Shown here in pieces: positions 49,701 to 64,000 of a DNA stretch of 64,000 nt; position 1 is the first letter of the stretch; each line of letters begins with the position of its first letter. The translations under genes were made by a program, and so were the position numbers. The notes beneath the pieces were generated by a model that ran no database searches, had not been told where the DNA came from, and worked only from the letters and a program-made list of their open reading frames with translations. The stretch spans positions 10,850,001 to 10,914,000 of the forward strand of contig OZ024754.1 of the NCBI GenBank assembly GCA_964016885.1. Direction: 5' to 3'. The stretch comes from Eledone cirrhosa. Taxonomy: Eukaryota.

Positions 49701-52700
49701 TTATCAGACCCATGGGTAGGAGTATTCTGGTTGTGGTCATTCCTTTTCCTTACTGTGTTGGTCAACATTTATCAGACCTATGGGTAGGAGTATTCTGGTT
49801 GTGGTCATTCCCTTTCCTTACTGTGTTGGTCAACATTTATCAGACCCATGGGTAGGAGTATTCTGGTTGTGGTCATTCCTTTTCCTTACTGTGTTGGTCA
49901 ACATTTATCAGACCTATGGGTAGGAGTATTCTGGTTGTGGTCATTCCCTTTCCTTACTGTGTTGGTCAACATTTATCAGACCCATGGGTAGGAGTATTCT
50001 GGTTGGGGTCATTCCTTTTCCTTACTGTGTTGGTCAACATTTATCAGACCCATGGGTAGGAGTATTCTGGTTGTGGTCATTCCCTTTCCTTACTGTGTTG
50101 GTCAACATTTATCAGACCCATGGGTAGGAGTATTCTGGTTGTGGTCATTCCCTTTCCTTACTGTGTTGGTCAACATTTATCAGACCCATGGGTAGGAGTA
50201 TTCTGGTTGTGGTCATTCCCTTTCCTTACTGTGTTGGTCAACATTTATCAGACCCATGGGTAGGAGTATTCTGGTTGTGGTCATTCCCTTTCCTTACTGT
50301 GTTGGTCAACATTTATCAGACCCATGGGTAGGGGTATTCTGGTTGTGGTCATTCCCTTTCCTTACTGTGTTGGTCAACATTTATCAGACCCATGGGTAGG
50401 GGTATTCTGGTTGTGGTCATTCCCTTTCCTTACTGTGTTGGTCAACATTTATCAGACCCATGGGTAGGGGTATTCTGGTTGTGGTCATTCCCTTTCCTTA
50501 CTGTGTTGGTCAACATTTATCAGACCCATGGGTAGGGGTATTCTGGTTGTGGTCATTCCCTTTCCTTACTGTGTTGGTCAACATTTATCAGACCCATGGG
50601 TAGGAGTATTCTGGTTGTGGTCATTCCCTTTCCTTACTGTGTTGGTCAACATTTATCAGACCCATGGGTAGGGGTATTCTGGTTGTGGTCATTCCCTTTC
50701 CTTACTGTGTTGGTCAACATTTATCAGACCCATGGGTAGGAGTATTCTGGTTGTGGTCATTCCCTTTCCTTACTGTGTTGGTCAACATTTATCAGACCCA
50801 TGGGTAGGAGTATTCTGGTTGTGGTCATTCCCTTTCCTTACTGTGTTGGTCAACATTTATCAGACCCATGGGTAGGAGTATTCTGGTTGTGGTCATTCCC
50901 TTTCCTTACTGTGTTGGTCAACATTTATCAGACCCATGGGTAGGGGTATTCTGGTTGTGGTCATTCCCTTTCCTTACTGTGTTGGTCAACATTTATCAGA
51001 CCCATGGGTAGGGGTATTCTGGTTGTGGTCGTTCCTTTTCCTTACTGTGTTGGTCAACATTTATCAGACCCATGGGTAGGAGTATTCTGGTTGTGGTCAT
51101 TCCCTTTCCTTACTGTGTTGGTCAACATTTATCAGACCCATGGGTAGGGGTATTCTGGTTGTGGTCGTTCCTTTTCCTTACTGTGTTGGTCAACATTTAT
51201 CAGACCCATGGGTAGGAGTATTCTGGTTGTGGTCATTCCCTTTCCTTACTGTGTTGGTCAACATTTATCAGACCCATGGGTAGGAGTATTCTGGTTGTGG
51301 TCATTCCCTTTCCTTACTGTGTTGGTCAACATTTATCAGACCCATGGGTAGGAGTATTCTGGTTGTGGTCATTCCCTTTCCTTACTGTGTTGGTCAACAT
51401 TTATCAGACCCATGGGTAGGGGTATTCTGGTTGTGGTCATTCCCTTTCCTTACTGTGTTGGTCAACATTTATCAGACCCATGGGTAGGAGTATTCTGGTT
51501 GTGGTCATTCCCTTTCCTTACTGTGTTGGTCAACATTTATCAGACCCATGGGTAGGAGTATTCTGGTTGTGGTCATTCCCTTTCCTTACTGTGTTGGTCA
51601 ACATTTATCAGACCCATGGGTAGGGGTATTCTGGTTGTGGTCATTCCCTTTCCTTACTGTGTTGGTCAACATTTATCAGACCCATGGGTAGGAGTATTCT
51701 GGTTGTGGTCATTCCCTTTCCTTACTGTGTTGGTCAACATTTATCAGACCCATGGGTAGGAGTATTCTGGTTGTGGTCATTCCCTTTCCTTACTGTGTTG
51801 GTCAACATTTATCAGACCCATGGGTAGGAGTATTCTGGTTGTGGTCATTCCCTTTCCTTACTGTGTTGGTCAACATTTATCAGACCCATGGGTAGGGGTA
51901 TTCTGGTTGTGGTCATTCCCTTTCCTTACTGTGTTGGTCAACATTTATCAGACCCATGGGTAGGAGTATTCTGGTTGTGGTCATTCCCTTTCCTTACTGT
52001 GTTGGTCAACATTTATCAGACCCATGGGTAGGAGTATTCTGGTTGTGGTCATTCCCTTTCCTTACTGTGTTGGTCAACATTTATCAGACCCATGGGTAGG
52101 GGTATTCTGGTTGTGGTCATTCCCTTTCCTTACTGTGTTGGTCAACATTTATCAGACCCATGGGTAGGAGTATTCTGGTTGTGGTCATTCCCTTTCCTTA
52201 CTGTGTTGGTCAACATTTATCAGACCCATGGGTAGGGGTATTCTGGTTGTGGTCGTTCCTTTTCCTTACTGTGTTGGTCAACATTTATCAGACCCATGGG
52301 TAGGAGTATTCTGGTTGTGGTCATTCCCTTTCCTTACTGTGTTGGTCAACATTTATCAGACCCATGGGTAGGAGTATTCTGGTTGTGGTCATTCCCTTTC
52401 CTTACTGTGTTGGTCAACATTTATCAGACCCATGGGTAGGAGTATTCTGGTTGTGGTCATTCCCTTTCCTTACTGTGTTGGTCAACATTTATCAGACCCA
52501 TGGGTAGGGGTATTCTGGTTGTGGTCATTCCCTTTCCTTACTGTGTTGGTCAACATTTATCAGACCCATGGGTAGGAGTATTCTGGTTGTGGTCATTCCC
52601 TTTCCTTACTGTGTTGGTCAACATTTATCAGACCCATGGGTAGGAGTATTCTGGTTGTGGTCATTCCCTTTCCTTACTGTGTTGGTCAACATTTATCAGA

Positions 52701-55700
52701 CCCATGGGTAGGGGTATTCTGGTTGTGGTCATTCCCTTTCCTTACTGTGTTGGTCAACATTTATCAGACCCATGGGTAGGAGTATTCTGGTTGTGGTCAT
52801 TCCCTTTCCTTACTGTGTTGGTCAACATTTATCAGACCCATGGGTAGGGGTATTCTGGTTGTGGTCGTTCCTTTTCCTTACTGTGTTGGTCAACATTTAT
52901 CAGACCCATGGGTAGGGGTATTCTGGTTGTGGTCATTCCCTTTCCTTACTGTGTTGGTCAACATTTATCAGACCCATGGGTAGGAGTATTCTGGTTGTGG
53001 TCATTCCCTTTCCTTACTGTGTTGGTCAACATTTATCAGACCCATGGGTAGGGGTATTCTGGTTGTGGTCGTTCCTTTTCCTTACTGTGTTGGTCAACAT
53101 TTATCAGACCCATGGGTAGGAGTATTCTGGTTGTGGTCATTCCCTTTCCTTACTGTGTTGGTCAACATTTATCAGACCCATGGGTAGGAGTATTCTGGTT
53201 GTGGTCATTCCCTTTCCTTACTGTGTTGGTCAACATTTATCAGACCCATGGGTAGGAGTATTCTGGTTGTGGTCATTCCCTTTCCTTACTGTGTTGGTCA
53301 ACATTTATCAGACCCATGGGTAGGGGTATTCTGGTTGTGGTCATTCCCTTTCCTTACTGTGTTGGTCAACATTTATCAGACCCATGGGTAGGAGTATTCT
53401 GGTTGTGGTCATTCCCTTTCCTTACTGTGTTGGTCAACATTTATCAGACCCATGGGTAGGAGTATTCTGGTTGTGGTCATTCCCTTTCCTTACTGTGTTG
53501 GTCAACATTTATCAGACCCATGGGTAGGGGTATTCTGGTTGTGGTCATTCCCTTTCCTTACTGTGTTGGTCAACATTTATCAGACCCATGGGTAGGAGTA
53601 TTCTGGTTGTGGTCATTCCCTTTCCTTACTGTGTTGGTCAACATTTATCAGACCCATGGGTAGGGGTATTCTGGTTGTGGTCGTTCCTTTTCCTTACTGT
53701 GTTGGTCAACATTTATCAGACCCATGGGTAGGGGTATTCTGGTTGTGGTCATTCCCTTTCCTTACTGTGTTGGTCAACATTTATCAGACCCATGGGTAGG
53801 AGTATTCTGGTTGTGGTCATTCCCTTTCCTTACTGTGTTGGTCAACATTTTATCAGACCCATGGGTAGGAGTATTCTGGTTGTGGTCATTCCCTTTCCTT
53901 ACTGTGTTGGTCAACATTTATCAGACCCATGGGTAGGGGTATTCTGGTTGTGGTCATTCCCTTTCCTTACTGTGTTGGTCAACATTTATCAGACCCATGG
54001 GTAGGAGTATTCTGGTTGTGGTCATTCCCTTTCCTTACTGTGTTGGTCAACATTTATCAGACCCATGGGTAGGGGTATTCTGGTTGTGGTCATTCCCTTT
54101 CACTTACTGTGTTGGTCAACATTTATCAGACCCATGGGTAGGAGTATTTCTGGTTGTGGTCATTCTTCCTTACTGTGTTGGTCAACATTTATCAGACCCA
54201 TGGGTAGGGGTATTCTGGTTGTGGTCATTCCCTTTCCTTACTGTGTTGGTCAACATTTATCAGACCCATGGGTAGGAGTATTCTGGTTGTGGTCATTCCC
54301 TTTCCTTACTGTGTTGGTCAACATTTATCAGACCCATGGGTAGGGGTATTCTGGTTGTGGTCGTTCCTTTTCCTTACTGTGTTGGTCAACATTTATCAGA
54401 CCCATGGGTAGGGGTATTCTGGTTGTGGTCATTCCCTTNNNNNNNNNNNNNNNNNNNNNNNNNNNNNNNNNNNNNNNNNNNNNNNNNNNNNNNNNNNNNN
54501 NNNNNNNNNNNNNNNNNNNNNNNNNNNNNNNNNNNNNNNNNNNNNNNNNNNNNNNNNNNNNNNNNNNNNNNNNNNNNNNNNNNNNNNNNNNNNNNNNNNN
54601 NNNNNNNNNNNNNNNNNNNNNNNNNNNNNNNNNNNNNNTCATTCCCTTTCCTTACTGTGTTGGTCAACATTTATCAGACCCCATGGGTAGAGAGTATTCT
54701 GGTTGTGGTCATTCCCTTTCCTTACTGTGTTGGTCAACATTTATCAGACCCATGGGTAGGGTATTTGGTTGTGGTCATTCCTTTCCTTACTGTGTTGGTC
54801 AACATTTATCAGACCCATGGGTAGGGGTATTCTGGTTGTGGTCGTTCCCTTTCCTTACTGTGTTGGTCAACATTTATCAGACCCATGGGTAGGAGTATTC
54901 TGGTTGTGGTCATTCCCTTTCCTTACTGTGTTGTGTCAACATTTATCAGACCCATGGGTAGGGGTATTCTGGTTGTGGTCGTTCCTTTTCCTTACTGTGT
55001 TGGTCAACATTTATCAGACCCCATGGGTAGGAGTATTCTGGTTGTGGTCATTCCCTTTCCTTACTGTGTTGGTCAACATTTATCAGACCCATGGGTAGGA
55101 GTATTCTGGTTGTGGTCATTCCCTTTCCTTACTGTGTTGGTCAACATTTATCAGACCCATCGGGTAGGAGTATTCTGGTTGTGGTCATTCCCTTTCCTTA
55201 CTGTGTTGGTCAACATTTATCAGACCCATGGGTAGGGGTATTCTGGTTGTGGTCATTCCCTTTCCTTACTGTGTTGGTCAACATTTATCAGACCCATGGG
55301 TAGGAGTATTCTGGTTGTGGTCATTCCCTTTCCTTACTGTGTTGGTCAACATTTATCAGACCCATGGGTAGGAGTATTCTGGTTGTGGTCATTCCCTTTC
55401 CTTACTGTGTTGGTCAACATTTATCAGACCCATGGGTAGGGGTATTCTGGTTGTGGTCATTCCCTTTCCTTACTGTGTTGGTCAACATTTATCAGACCCA
55501 TGGGTAGGAGTATTCTGGTTGTGGTCATTCCCTTTCCTTACTGTGTTGGTCAACATTTATCAGACTCCATGTGTAGGAGTATTCTGGTTGTGGTCATTCC
55601 CCTTTCCTTACTGTGTTGGTCAACATTTATCAGACCCATGGGTAGGAGTATTCTGGTTGTGGTCATTCCCTTTCCTTACTGTGTTGGTCAACATTTATCA

Positions 55701-58700
55701 GACCCATGGGTAGGGTATTCTGGTTGTGGTCATTCCTTTCCTTACTGTGTTTGGTCAACATTTATCAGACCCCATGGGTAGGAGTATTCTGGTTGTGGTC
55801 ATTCCTTTCCTTACTGTGTTGGTCAACATTTATCAGACCCATGGGTAGGAGTATTCTGGTTGTGGTCATTCCCTTTCCTTACTGTGTTGGTCAACATTTA
55901 TCAGACCCATGGGTAGGGGTATTCTGGTTGTGGTCATTCCTTTCCTTACTGTGTTGGTCAACATTTATCAGACCCATGGGTAGGAGTATTCTGGTTGTGG
56001 TCATTCCCTTTCCTTACTGTGTTTGGTCAACATTTATCAGACCCATGGGTAGGGGTATTCTGGTTGTGGTCGTTCCTTTTCCTTACTGTGTTGGTCAACA
56101 TTTATCAGACCCATGGGTAGGAGTATTTCTGGTTGTGGTCATTCCCTTTCCTTACTGTGTTGGTCAACATTTATCAGACCCATGGGTAGGAGTATTCTGG
56201 TTGTGGTCATTCCCTTTCCTTACTGTGTTGGTCAACATTTATCAGACCCATGGGTAGGAGTATTCTGGTTGTGGTCATTCCCTTTCCTTACTGTGTTGGT
56301 CAACATTTATCAGACCCATGGGGTAGGGGTATTCTGGTTGTGGTCATTCCCTTTCCTTACTGTGTTGGTCAACATTTATCAGACCCATGGGTAGGAGTAT
56401 TCTGGTTGTGGTCATTCCCTTTCCTTACTGTGTTGGTCAACATTTATCAGACCCATGGGGTAGGAGTATTCTGGTTGTGGTCATTCCCTTTCCTTACTGT
56501 GTTGGTCAACATTTATCAGACCCATGGGTAGGGGTATTCTGGTTGTGGTCATTCCCTTTCCTTACTGTGTTGGTCAACATTTATCAGACCCATGGGTAGG
56601 AGTATTCTGGTTGTGGTCATTCCCTTTCCTTACTGTGTTGGTCAACATTTATCAGACCCATGGGTAGGGGTATTCTGGTTGTGGTCGTTCCTTTTCCTTA
56701 CTGTGTTGGTCAACATTTATCAGACCCATGGGTAGGGGTATTCTGGTTGTGGTCATTCCCTTTCCTTACTGTGTTGGTCAACATTTATCAGACCCATGGG
56801 TAGGAGTATTCTGGTTGTGGTCATTCCTTTCCTTACTGTGTGGTCAACATTTATCAGACCCCATGGGTAGGGGTATTCTGGTTGTGGTCGTTCCTTTTCC
56901 TTACTGTGTTGGTCAACATTTATCAGACCCATGGGTAGGAGTATTCTGGTTGTGGTCATTCCCTTTCCTTACTGTGTTGGTCAACATTTATCAGACCCAT
57001 GGGTAGGAGTATTCTGGTTGTGGTCATTCCTTTCCTTACTGTGTTGGTCAACATTTATCAGACCCATGGGTAGGAGTATTCTGGTTGTGGTCATTCCCTT
57101 TCCTTACTGTGTTGGTCAACATTTATCAGACCCATGGGTAGGGGTATTCTGGTTGTGGTCATTCCCTTTCCTTACTGTGTTGGTCAACATTTATCAGACC
57201 CATGGGTAGGAGTATTCTGGTTGTGGTCATTCCCTTTCCTTACTGTGTTGGTCAACATTTATCAGACCCATGGGTAGGAGTATTCTGGTTGTGGTCATTC
57301 CTTTCCTTACTGTGTTTGTCAACATTTATCAGACCCATGGGTTAGGGGTATTCTGGTTGTGGTCATTCCCTTTCCTTACTGTGTTGGTCAACATTTATCA
57401 GACCCATGGGTAGGAGTATTCTGGTTGTGGTCATTCCTTTCCTTACTGTGTTGGTCAACATTTATCAGACCCATGGGTAGGGGTATTCTGGTTGTGGTCG
57501 TTCCTTTTCCTTACTGTGTTGGTCAACATTTATCAGACCCATGGGTAGGGGTATTCTGGTTGTGGTCATTCCCTTTCCTTACTGTGTTGGTCAACATTTA
57601 TCAGACCCCATGGGGTAGGAGTATTCTGGTTGTGGTCATTCCCTTTCCTTACTGTGTTGGTCAACATTTATCAGACCCATGGGTAGGAGTATTCTGGTTG
57701 TGGTCATTCCCTTTCCTTACTGTGTTGGTCAACATTTATCAGACCCATGGGTAGGGGTATTCTGGTTGTGGTCCATTCCCTTTCCTTACTGTGTTGGTCA
57801 ACATTTATCAGACCCATGGGTAGGAGTATTCTGGTTGTGGTCATTCCCTTTCCTTACTGTGTTGGTCAACATTTATCAGACCCATGGGTAGGGTATTCTG
57901 GTTGTGGTCATTCCCTTTCCTTACTGTGTTGGTCAACATTTATCAGACCCATGGGTAGGAGTATTCTGGTTGTGGTCATTCCCTTTCCTTACTGTGTTGG
58001 TCAACATTTATCAGACCCATGGGTAGGGGTATTCTGGTTGTGGTCATTCCCTTTCCTTACTGTGTTGGTCAACATTTATCAGACCCATGGGTAGGGGTAT
58101 TCTGGTTGTGGTCATTCCTTTCCTTACTGTGTTGGTCAACATTTATCAGACCCATGGGTAGGGGTATTCTGGTTGTGGTCATTCCCTTTCCTTACTGTGT
58201 TGGTCAACATTTATCAGACCCATGGGTAGGGTATTCTGGTTGTGGTCATTCCCCTTTCCTTACTGTGTTGGTCAACATTTATCAGACCCATGGGTAGGAG
58301 TATTCTGGTTGTGTCATTCCCTTTCCTTACTGTGTTGGTCAACATTTATCAGACCCATGGGTAGGGTATTCTGGTTGTGGTCATTCCCTTTCCTTACTGT
58401 GTTGGTCAACATTTATCAGACCCATGGGTAGGAGTATTCTGGTTGTGGTCATTCCCTTTCCTTACTGTGTTGGTCAACATTTATCAGACCCATGGGTAGG
58501 AGTATTCTGGTTGTGGTTCATTCCTTTCCTTACTGTGTTGGTCAACATTTATCAGACCCATGGGTAGGGGTATTCTGGTTGTGGTCATTCCCTTTCCTTA
58601 CTGTGTTGGTCAACATTTATCAGACCCATGGGTAGGAGTATTCTGGTTGTGGTCATTCCCTTTCCTTACTGTGTTGGTCAACATTTATCAACCCATGGGT

Positions 58701-61700
58701 AGGAGTATTCTGGTTGTGGTCATTCCCTTTCCTTACTGTGTTGGTCAACATTTATCAGACCCATGGGTAGGGGTATTCTGGTTGTGGTCATTCCCTTTCC
58801 TTACTGTGTTGGTCAACATTTATCAGACCCATGGGTAGGAGTATTCTGGTTGTGGTCATTCCCTTTCCTTACTGTGTTGGTCAACATTTATCAGAACCCA
58901 TGGGTAGGAGTATTCTGGTTGTGGTCATTCCCTTTCCTTACTGTGTTGGTCAACATTTATCAGACCCATGGGTAGGGGTATTCTGGTTGTGGTCATTCCT
59001 TTCCTTACTGTGTTGGTCAACATTTATCAGACCAATGGGTAGGAGTATTCTGGTTGTGGTCATTCCCTTTCCTTACTGTGTTGGTCAACATTTATCAGAC
59101 CCATGGGTAGGAGTATTCTGGTTGTGGGTCGTTCCTTTTCCTTACTGTGTTGGTCAACATTTATCAGACCCATGGGTAGGGGTATTCTGGTTGTGGTCAT
59201 TCCCTTTCCTTACTGTGTTGGTCAACATTTATCAGACCCATGGGTAGGAGTATTCTGGTTGTGGTCATTCCCTTTCCTTACTGTGTTGGTCAACATTTAT
59301 CAGACCCATGGGTAGGAGTATTCTGGTTGTGGTCATTCCCTTTCCTTACTGTGTTGGTCAACATTTATCAGACCCATGGGTAGGAGTATTCTGGTTGTGG
59401 TCATTCCCTTTCCTTACTGTGTTGGTCAACATTTATCAGACCCATGGGTAGGAGTATTCTGGTTGTGGTCATTCCCTTTCCTTTACTGTGTTGGTCAACA
59501 TTTATCAGACCCATGGGTAGGAGTATTCTGGTTGTGGTCATTCCCTTTCCTTACTGTGTTGGTCAACATTTATCAGACCCATGGGTAGGAGTATTCTGGT
59601 TGTGGTCATTCCCTTTCCTTACTGTGTTGGTCAACATTTATCAGACTCCATGGGTAGGAGTATTCTGGTTGTGGTCATTCCCTTTCCTTACTGTGTTGGT
59701 CAACATTTATCAGACCCATGGGTAGGAGTATTCTGGTTGTGGTCATTCCCTTTCCCTTACTGTGTTGGTCAACATTTATCAGACCCATGGGTAGGAGTAT
59801 TCTGGTTGTGGTCATTCCCTTTCCTTACTGTGTTGGTCAACATTTATCAGACCCATGGGTAGGAGTATTCTGGTTGTGGTCATTCCCTTTCCTTACTGTG
59901 TTGGTCAACATTTATCAGACCCATGGGTAGGAGTATTCTGGTTGTGGTCATTCCCTTTCCTTACTGTGTTGGTCAACATTTATCAGACCCATGGGTAGGG
60001 GTATTCTGGTTGTGGTCATTCCCTTTCCTTACTGTGTTGGTCAACATTTATCAGACCCATGGGTAGGGAGTATTCTGGTTGTGGTCATTCCCTTTCCTTA
60101 CTGTGTTGGTCAACATTTATCAGACCCATGGGTAGGAGGTATTCTGGTTGTGGGTCGATTCCTTTTCCTTACTGTGTTGGTCAACATTTATCAGACCCAT
60201 GGGTAGGAGTATTCTGGTTGTGGTCATTCCCTTTCCTTACTGTGTTGGTCAACATTTATCAGACCATGGGTAGGAGTATTCTGGTTGTGGTCATTCCCTT
60301 TCCTTACTGTGTTGGTCAACATTTATCAGACCCATGGGTAGGAGTATTCTGGTTGTGGTCATTCCCTTTCCTTACTGTGTTGGTCAACATTTATCAGACC
60401 CATGGGTAGGGGTATTCTGGTTGTGGTCATTCCCTTTCCTTACTGTGTTGGTCAACATTTATCAGACCCATGGGTAGGAGTATTCTGGTTGTGGTCATTC
60501 CCTTTCCTTACTGTGTTGGTCAACATTTATCAGACCCATGGGTAGGAGTATTCTGGTTGTGGTCATTCCCTTTCCTTACTGTGTTGGTCAACATTTATCA
60601 GACCCATGGGTAGGGGTATTCTGGTTGTGGTCATTCCCTTTCCTTACTGTGTTGGTCAACATTTATCAGACCCATGGGTAGGAGTATTCTGGTTGTGGTC
60701 ATTCCCTTTCCTTACTGTGTTGGTCAACATTTATCAGACCCATGGGTAGGAGTATTCTGGTTGTGGTCATTCCCTTTCCTTACTGTGTTGGTCAACATTT
60801 ATCAGACCCATGGGTAGGGGTATTCTGGTTGTGGTCATTCCTTTTCCTTACTGTGTTGGTCAACATTTATCAGACCCATGGGTAGGGGTATTCTGGTTGT
60901 GGTCATTCCTTTTCCTTACTGTGTTGGTCAACATTTATCAGACCCATGGGTAGGAGTATTCTGGTTGTGGTCATTCCCTTTCCTTACTGTGTTGGTCAAC
61001 ATTTATCAGACCCATGGGTAGGGGTATTCTGGTTGTGGTCATTCCCTTTCCTTACTGTGTTGGTCAACATTTATCAGACCCATGGGTAGGGGTATTCTGG
61101 TTGTGGTCATTCCTTTTCCTTACTGTGTTGGTCAACATTTATCAGACCCATGGGTAGGGGTATTCTGGTTGTGGTCATTCCTTTTCCTTACTGTGTTGGT
61201 CAACATTTATCAGACCCATGGGTAGGAGTATTCTGGTTGTGGTCATTCCTTTTCCTTACTGTGTTGGTCAACATTTATCAGACCCATGGGTAGGGGTATT
61301 CTGGTTGTGGTCATTCCTTTTCCTTACTGTGTTGGTCAACATTTATCAGACCCATGGGTAGGAGTATTCTGGTTGTGGTCATTCCTTTTCCTTACTGTGT
61401 TGGTCAACATTTATCAGACCCATGGGTAGGGGTATTCTGGTTGTGGTCATTCCTTTTCCTTACTGTGTTGGTCAACATTTATCAGACCCATGGGTAGGAG
61501 TATTCTGGTTGTGGTCATTCCTTTTCCTTACTGTGTTGGTCAACATTTATCAGACCCATGGGTAGGGGTATTCTGGTTGTGGTCATTCCTTTTCCTTACT
61601 GTGTTGGTCAACATTTATCAGACCCATGGGTAGGAGTATTCTGGTTGTGGTCATTCCTTTTCCTTACTGTGTTGGTCAACATTTATCAGACCCATGGGTA

Positions 61701-64000
61701 GGAGTATTCTGGTTGTGGTCATTCCCTTTCCTTACTGTGTTGGTCAACATTTATCAGACCCATGGGTAGGAGTATTCTGGTTGTGGTCATTCCTTTTCCT
61801 TACTGTGTTGGTCAACATTTATCAGACCCATGGGTAGGGGTATTCTGGTTGTGGTCATTCCTTTTCCTTACTGTGTTGGTCAACATTTATCAGACCCATG
61901 GGTAGGGGTATTCTGGTTGTGGTCATTCCTTTTCCTTACTGTGTTGGTCAACATTTATCAGACCCATGGGTAGGGGTATTCTGGTTGTGGTCATTCCTTT
62001 TCCTTACTGTGTTGGTCAACATTTATCAGACCCATGGGTAGGGGTATTCTGGTTGTGGTCATTCCTTTTCCTTACTGTGTTGGTCAACATTTATCAGACC
62101 CATGGGTAGGGGTATTCTGGTTGTGGTCATTCCCTTTCCTTACTGTGTTGGTCAACATTTATCAGACCCATGGGTAGGAGTATTCTGGTTGTGGTCATTC
62201 CTTTTCCTTACTGTGTTGGTCAACATTTATCAGACCCATGGGTAGGGGTATTCTGGTTGTGGTCATTCCCTTTCCTTACTGTGTTGGTCAACATTTATCA
62301 GACCCATGGGTAGGGGTATTCTGGTTGTGGTCATTCCTTTTCCTTACTGTGTTGGTCAACATTTATCAGACCCATGGGTAGGGGTATTCTGGTTGTGGTC
62401 ATTCCTTTTCCTTACTGTGTTGGTCAACATTTATCAGACCCATGGGTAGGGGTATTCTGGTTGTGGTCATTCCTTTTCCTTACTGTGTTGGTCAACATTT
62501 ATCAGACCCATGGGTAGGGGTATTCTGGTTGTGGTCATTCCCTTTCCTTACTGTGTTGGTCAACATTTATCAGACCCATGGGTAGGGGTATTCTGGTTGT
62601 GGTCATTCCTTTTCCTTACTGTGTTGGTCAACATTTATCAGACCCATGGGTAGGGGTATTCTGGTTGTGGTCATTCCTTTTCCTTACTGTGTTGGTCAAC
62701 ATTTATCAGACCCATGGGTAGGGGTATTCTGGTTGTGGTCATTCCCTTTCCTTACTGTGTTGGTCAACATTTATCAGACCCATGGGTAGGAGTATTCTGG
62801 TTGTGGTCATTCCTTTTCCTTACTGTGTTGGTCAACATTTATCAGACCCATGGGTAGGGGTATTCTGGTTGTGGTCGTTCCCTTTCCTTACTGTGTTGGT
62901 CAACATTTATCAGACCCATGGGTAGGGGTATTCTGGTTGTGGTCGTTCCCTTTCCTTACTGTGTTGGTCAACATTTATCAGACCCATGGGTAGGAGTATT
63001 CTGGTTGTGGTCATTCCTTTTCCTTACTGTGTTGGTCAACATTTATCAGACCCATGGGTAGGAGTATTCTGGTTGTGGTCATTCCTTTTCCTTACTGTGT
63101 TGGTCAACATTTATCAGACCCATGGGTAGGAGTATTCTGGTTGTGGTCGTTCCCTTTCCTTACTGTGTTGGTCAACATTTATCAGACCCATGGGTAGGAG
63201 TATTCTGGTTGGAGTCATTCCCTTTCCTTACTGTGTTGGTCAACATTTATCAGACCCATGGGTAGGAGTATTCTGGTTGGGGTCATTCCTTTTCCTTACT
63301 GTGTTGGTCAACATTTATCAGACCCATGGGTAGGGGTATTCTGGTTGTGGTCATTCCTTTTCCTTACTGTGTTGGTCAACATTTATCAGACCCATGGGTA
63401 GGGGTATTCTGGTTGTGGTCATTCCTTTTCCTTACTGTGTTGGTCAACATTTATCAGACCCATGGGTAGGGGTATTCTGGTTGTGGTCATTCCTTTTCCT
63501 TACTGTGTTGGTCAACATTTATCAGACCCATGGGTAGGAGTATTCTGGTTGGGGTCATTCCTTTTCCTTACTGTGTTGGTCAACATTTATCAGACCCATG
63601 GGTAGGGGTATTCTGGTTGTGGTCATTCCTTTTCCTTACTGTGTTGGTCAACATTTATCAGACCCATGGGTAGGAGTATTCTGGTTGTGGTCGTTCCCTT
63701 TCCTTACTGTGTTGGTCAACATTTATCAGACCCATGGGTAGGAGTATTCTGGTTGTGGTCGTTCCCTTTCCTTACTGTGTTGGTCAACATTTATCAGACC
63801 CATGGGTAGGAGTATTCTGGTTGGAGTCATTCCCTTTCCTTACTGTGTTGGTCAACATTTATCAGACCCATGGGTAGGGGTATTCTGGTTGTGGTCGTTC
63901 CCTTTCCTTACTGTGTTGGTCAACATTTATCAGACCCATGGGTAGGGGTATTCTGGTTGTGGTCATTCCCTTTCCTTACTGTGTTGGTCAACATTTATCA
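46712..64000 (+). repeat. 68-bp satellite array, about 250 copies, runs off the window end
   Basis: Unit CAGACCCATGGGTAGG(A/G)GTATTCTGGTTGTGGTCATTCC(C/T)TTTCCTTACTGTGTTGGTCAACATTTAT. Confidence 0.98.
54439..54638. other. Assembly gap (200 N) inside the satellite
   Basis: Run of N; the round length suggests a placeholder. Confidence 0.98.

Noticed and set aside
53800-60300. Indel-rich satellite units around the gap as a distinct subfamily
   Set aside because: Scattered 1-bp homopolymer indels concentrated at contig ends fit unpolished long-read error
46712-64000. CRISPR-like array and many MGRSILVVVIPFPYC ORFs
   Set aside because: No unique spacers, no cas genes and a eukaryotic context; the ORFs are translations of the satellite

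Overview
AT-rich, repeat-dense animal genomic DNA. The SINE/LINE repertoire suggests a cephalopod (Octopus-like); this is an inference. Hand-splicing of GT-AG exons gives one phase-consistent + strand gene (15 exons, 12525-41255, about 638 aa, 5' end not resolved). It encodes a MIB/HERC2 domain, four divergent CUB domains (three exons each), a Thr-rich stalk, one transmembrane helix and a short tail. This would place a normally cytoplasmic E3-ligase module in a receptor ectodomain. The window also holds at least four well-formed minimal type I hammerhead ribozyme motifs plus several degenerate ones, associated with (TA)n-flanked fold-back elements and a Penelope-like RT fragment. Other contents: the 3' part of an intact Tx1/L1-like LINE, RTE/CR1/RLE LINE fragments, two tRNA-derived SINE families, TTAA MITEs and several locus-private minisatellites. 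A 68-bp satellite of more than 17 kb (with a 200-N gap) shares its unit and about 200 bp of flank, inverted, with a small intronic array. Most ORF-track ORFs are repeat artefacts.
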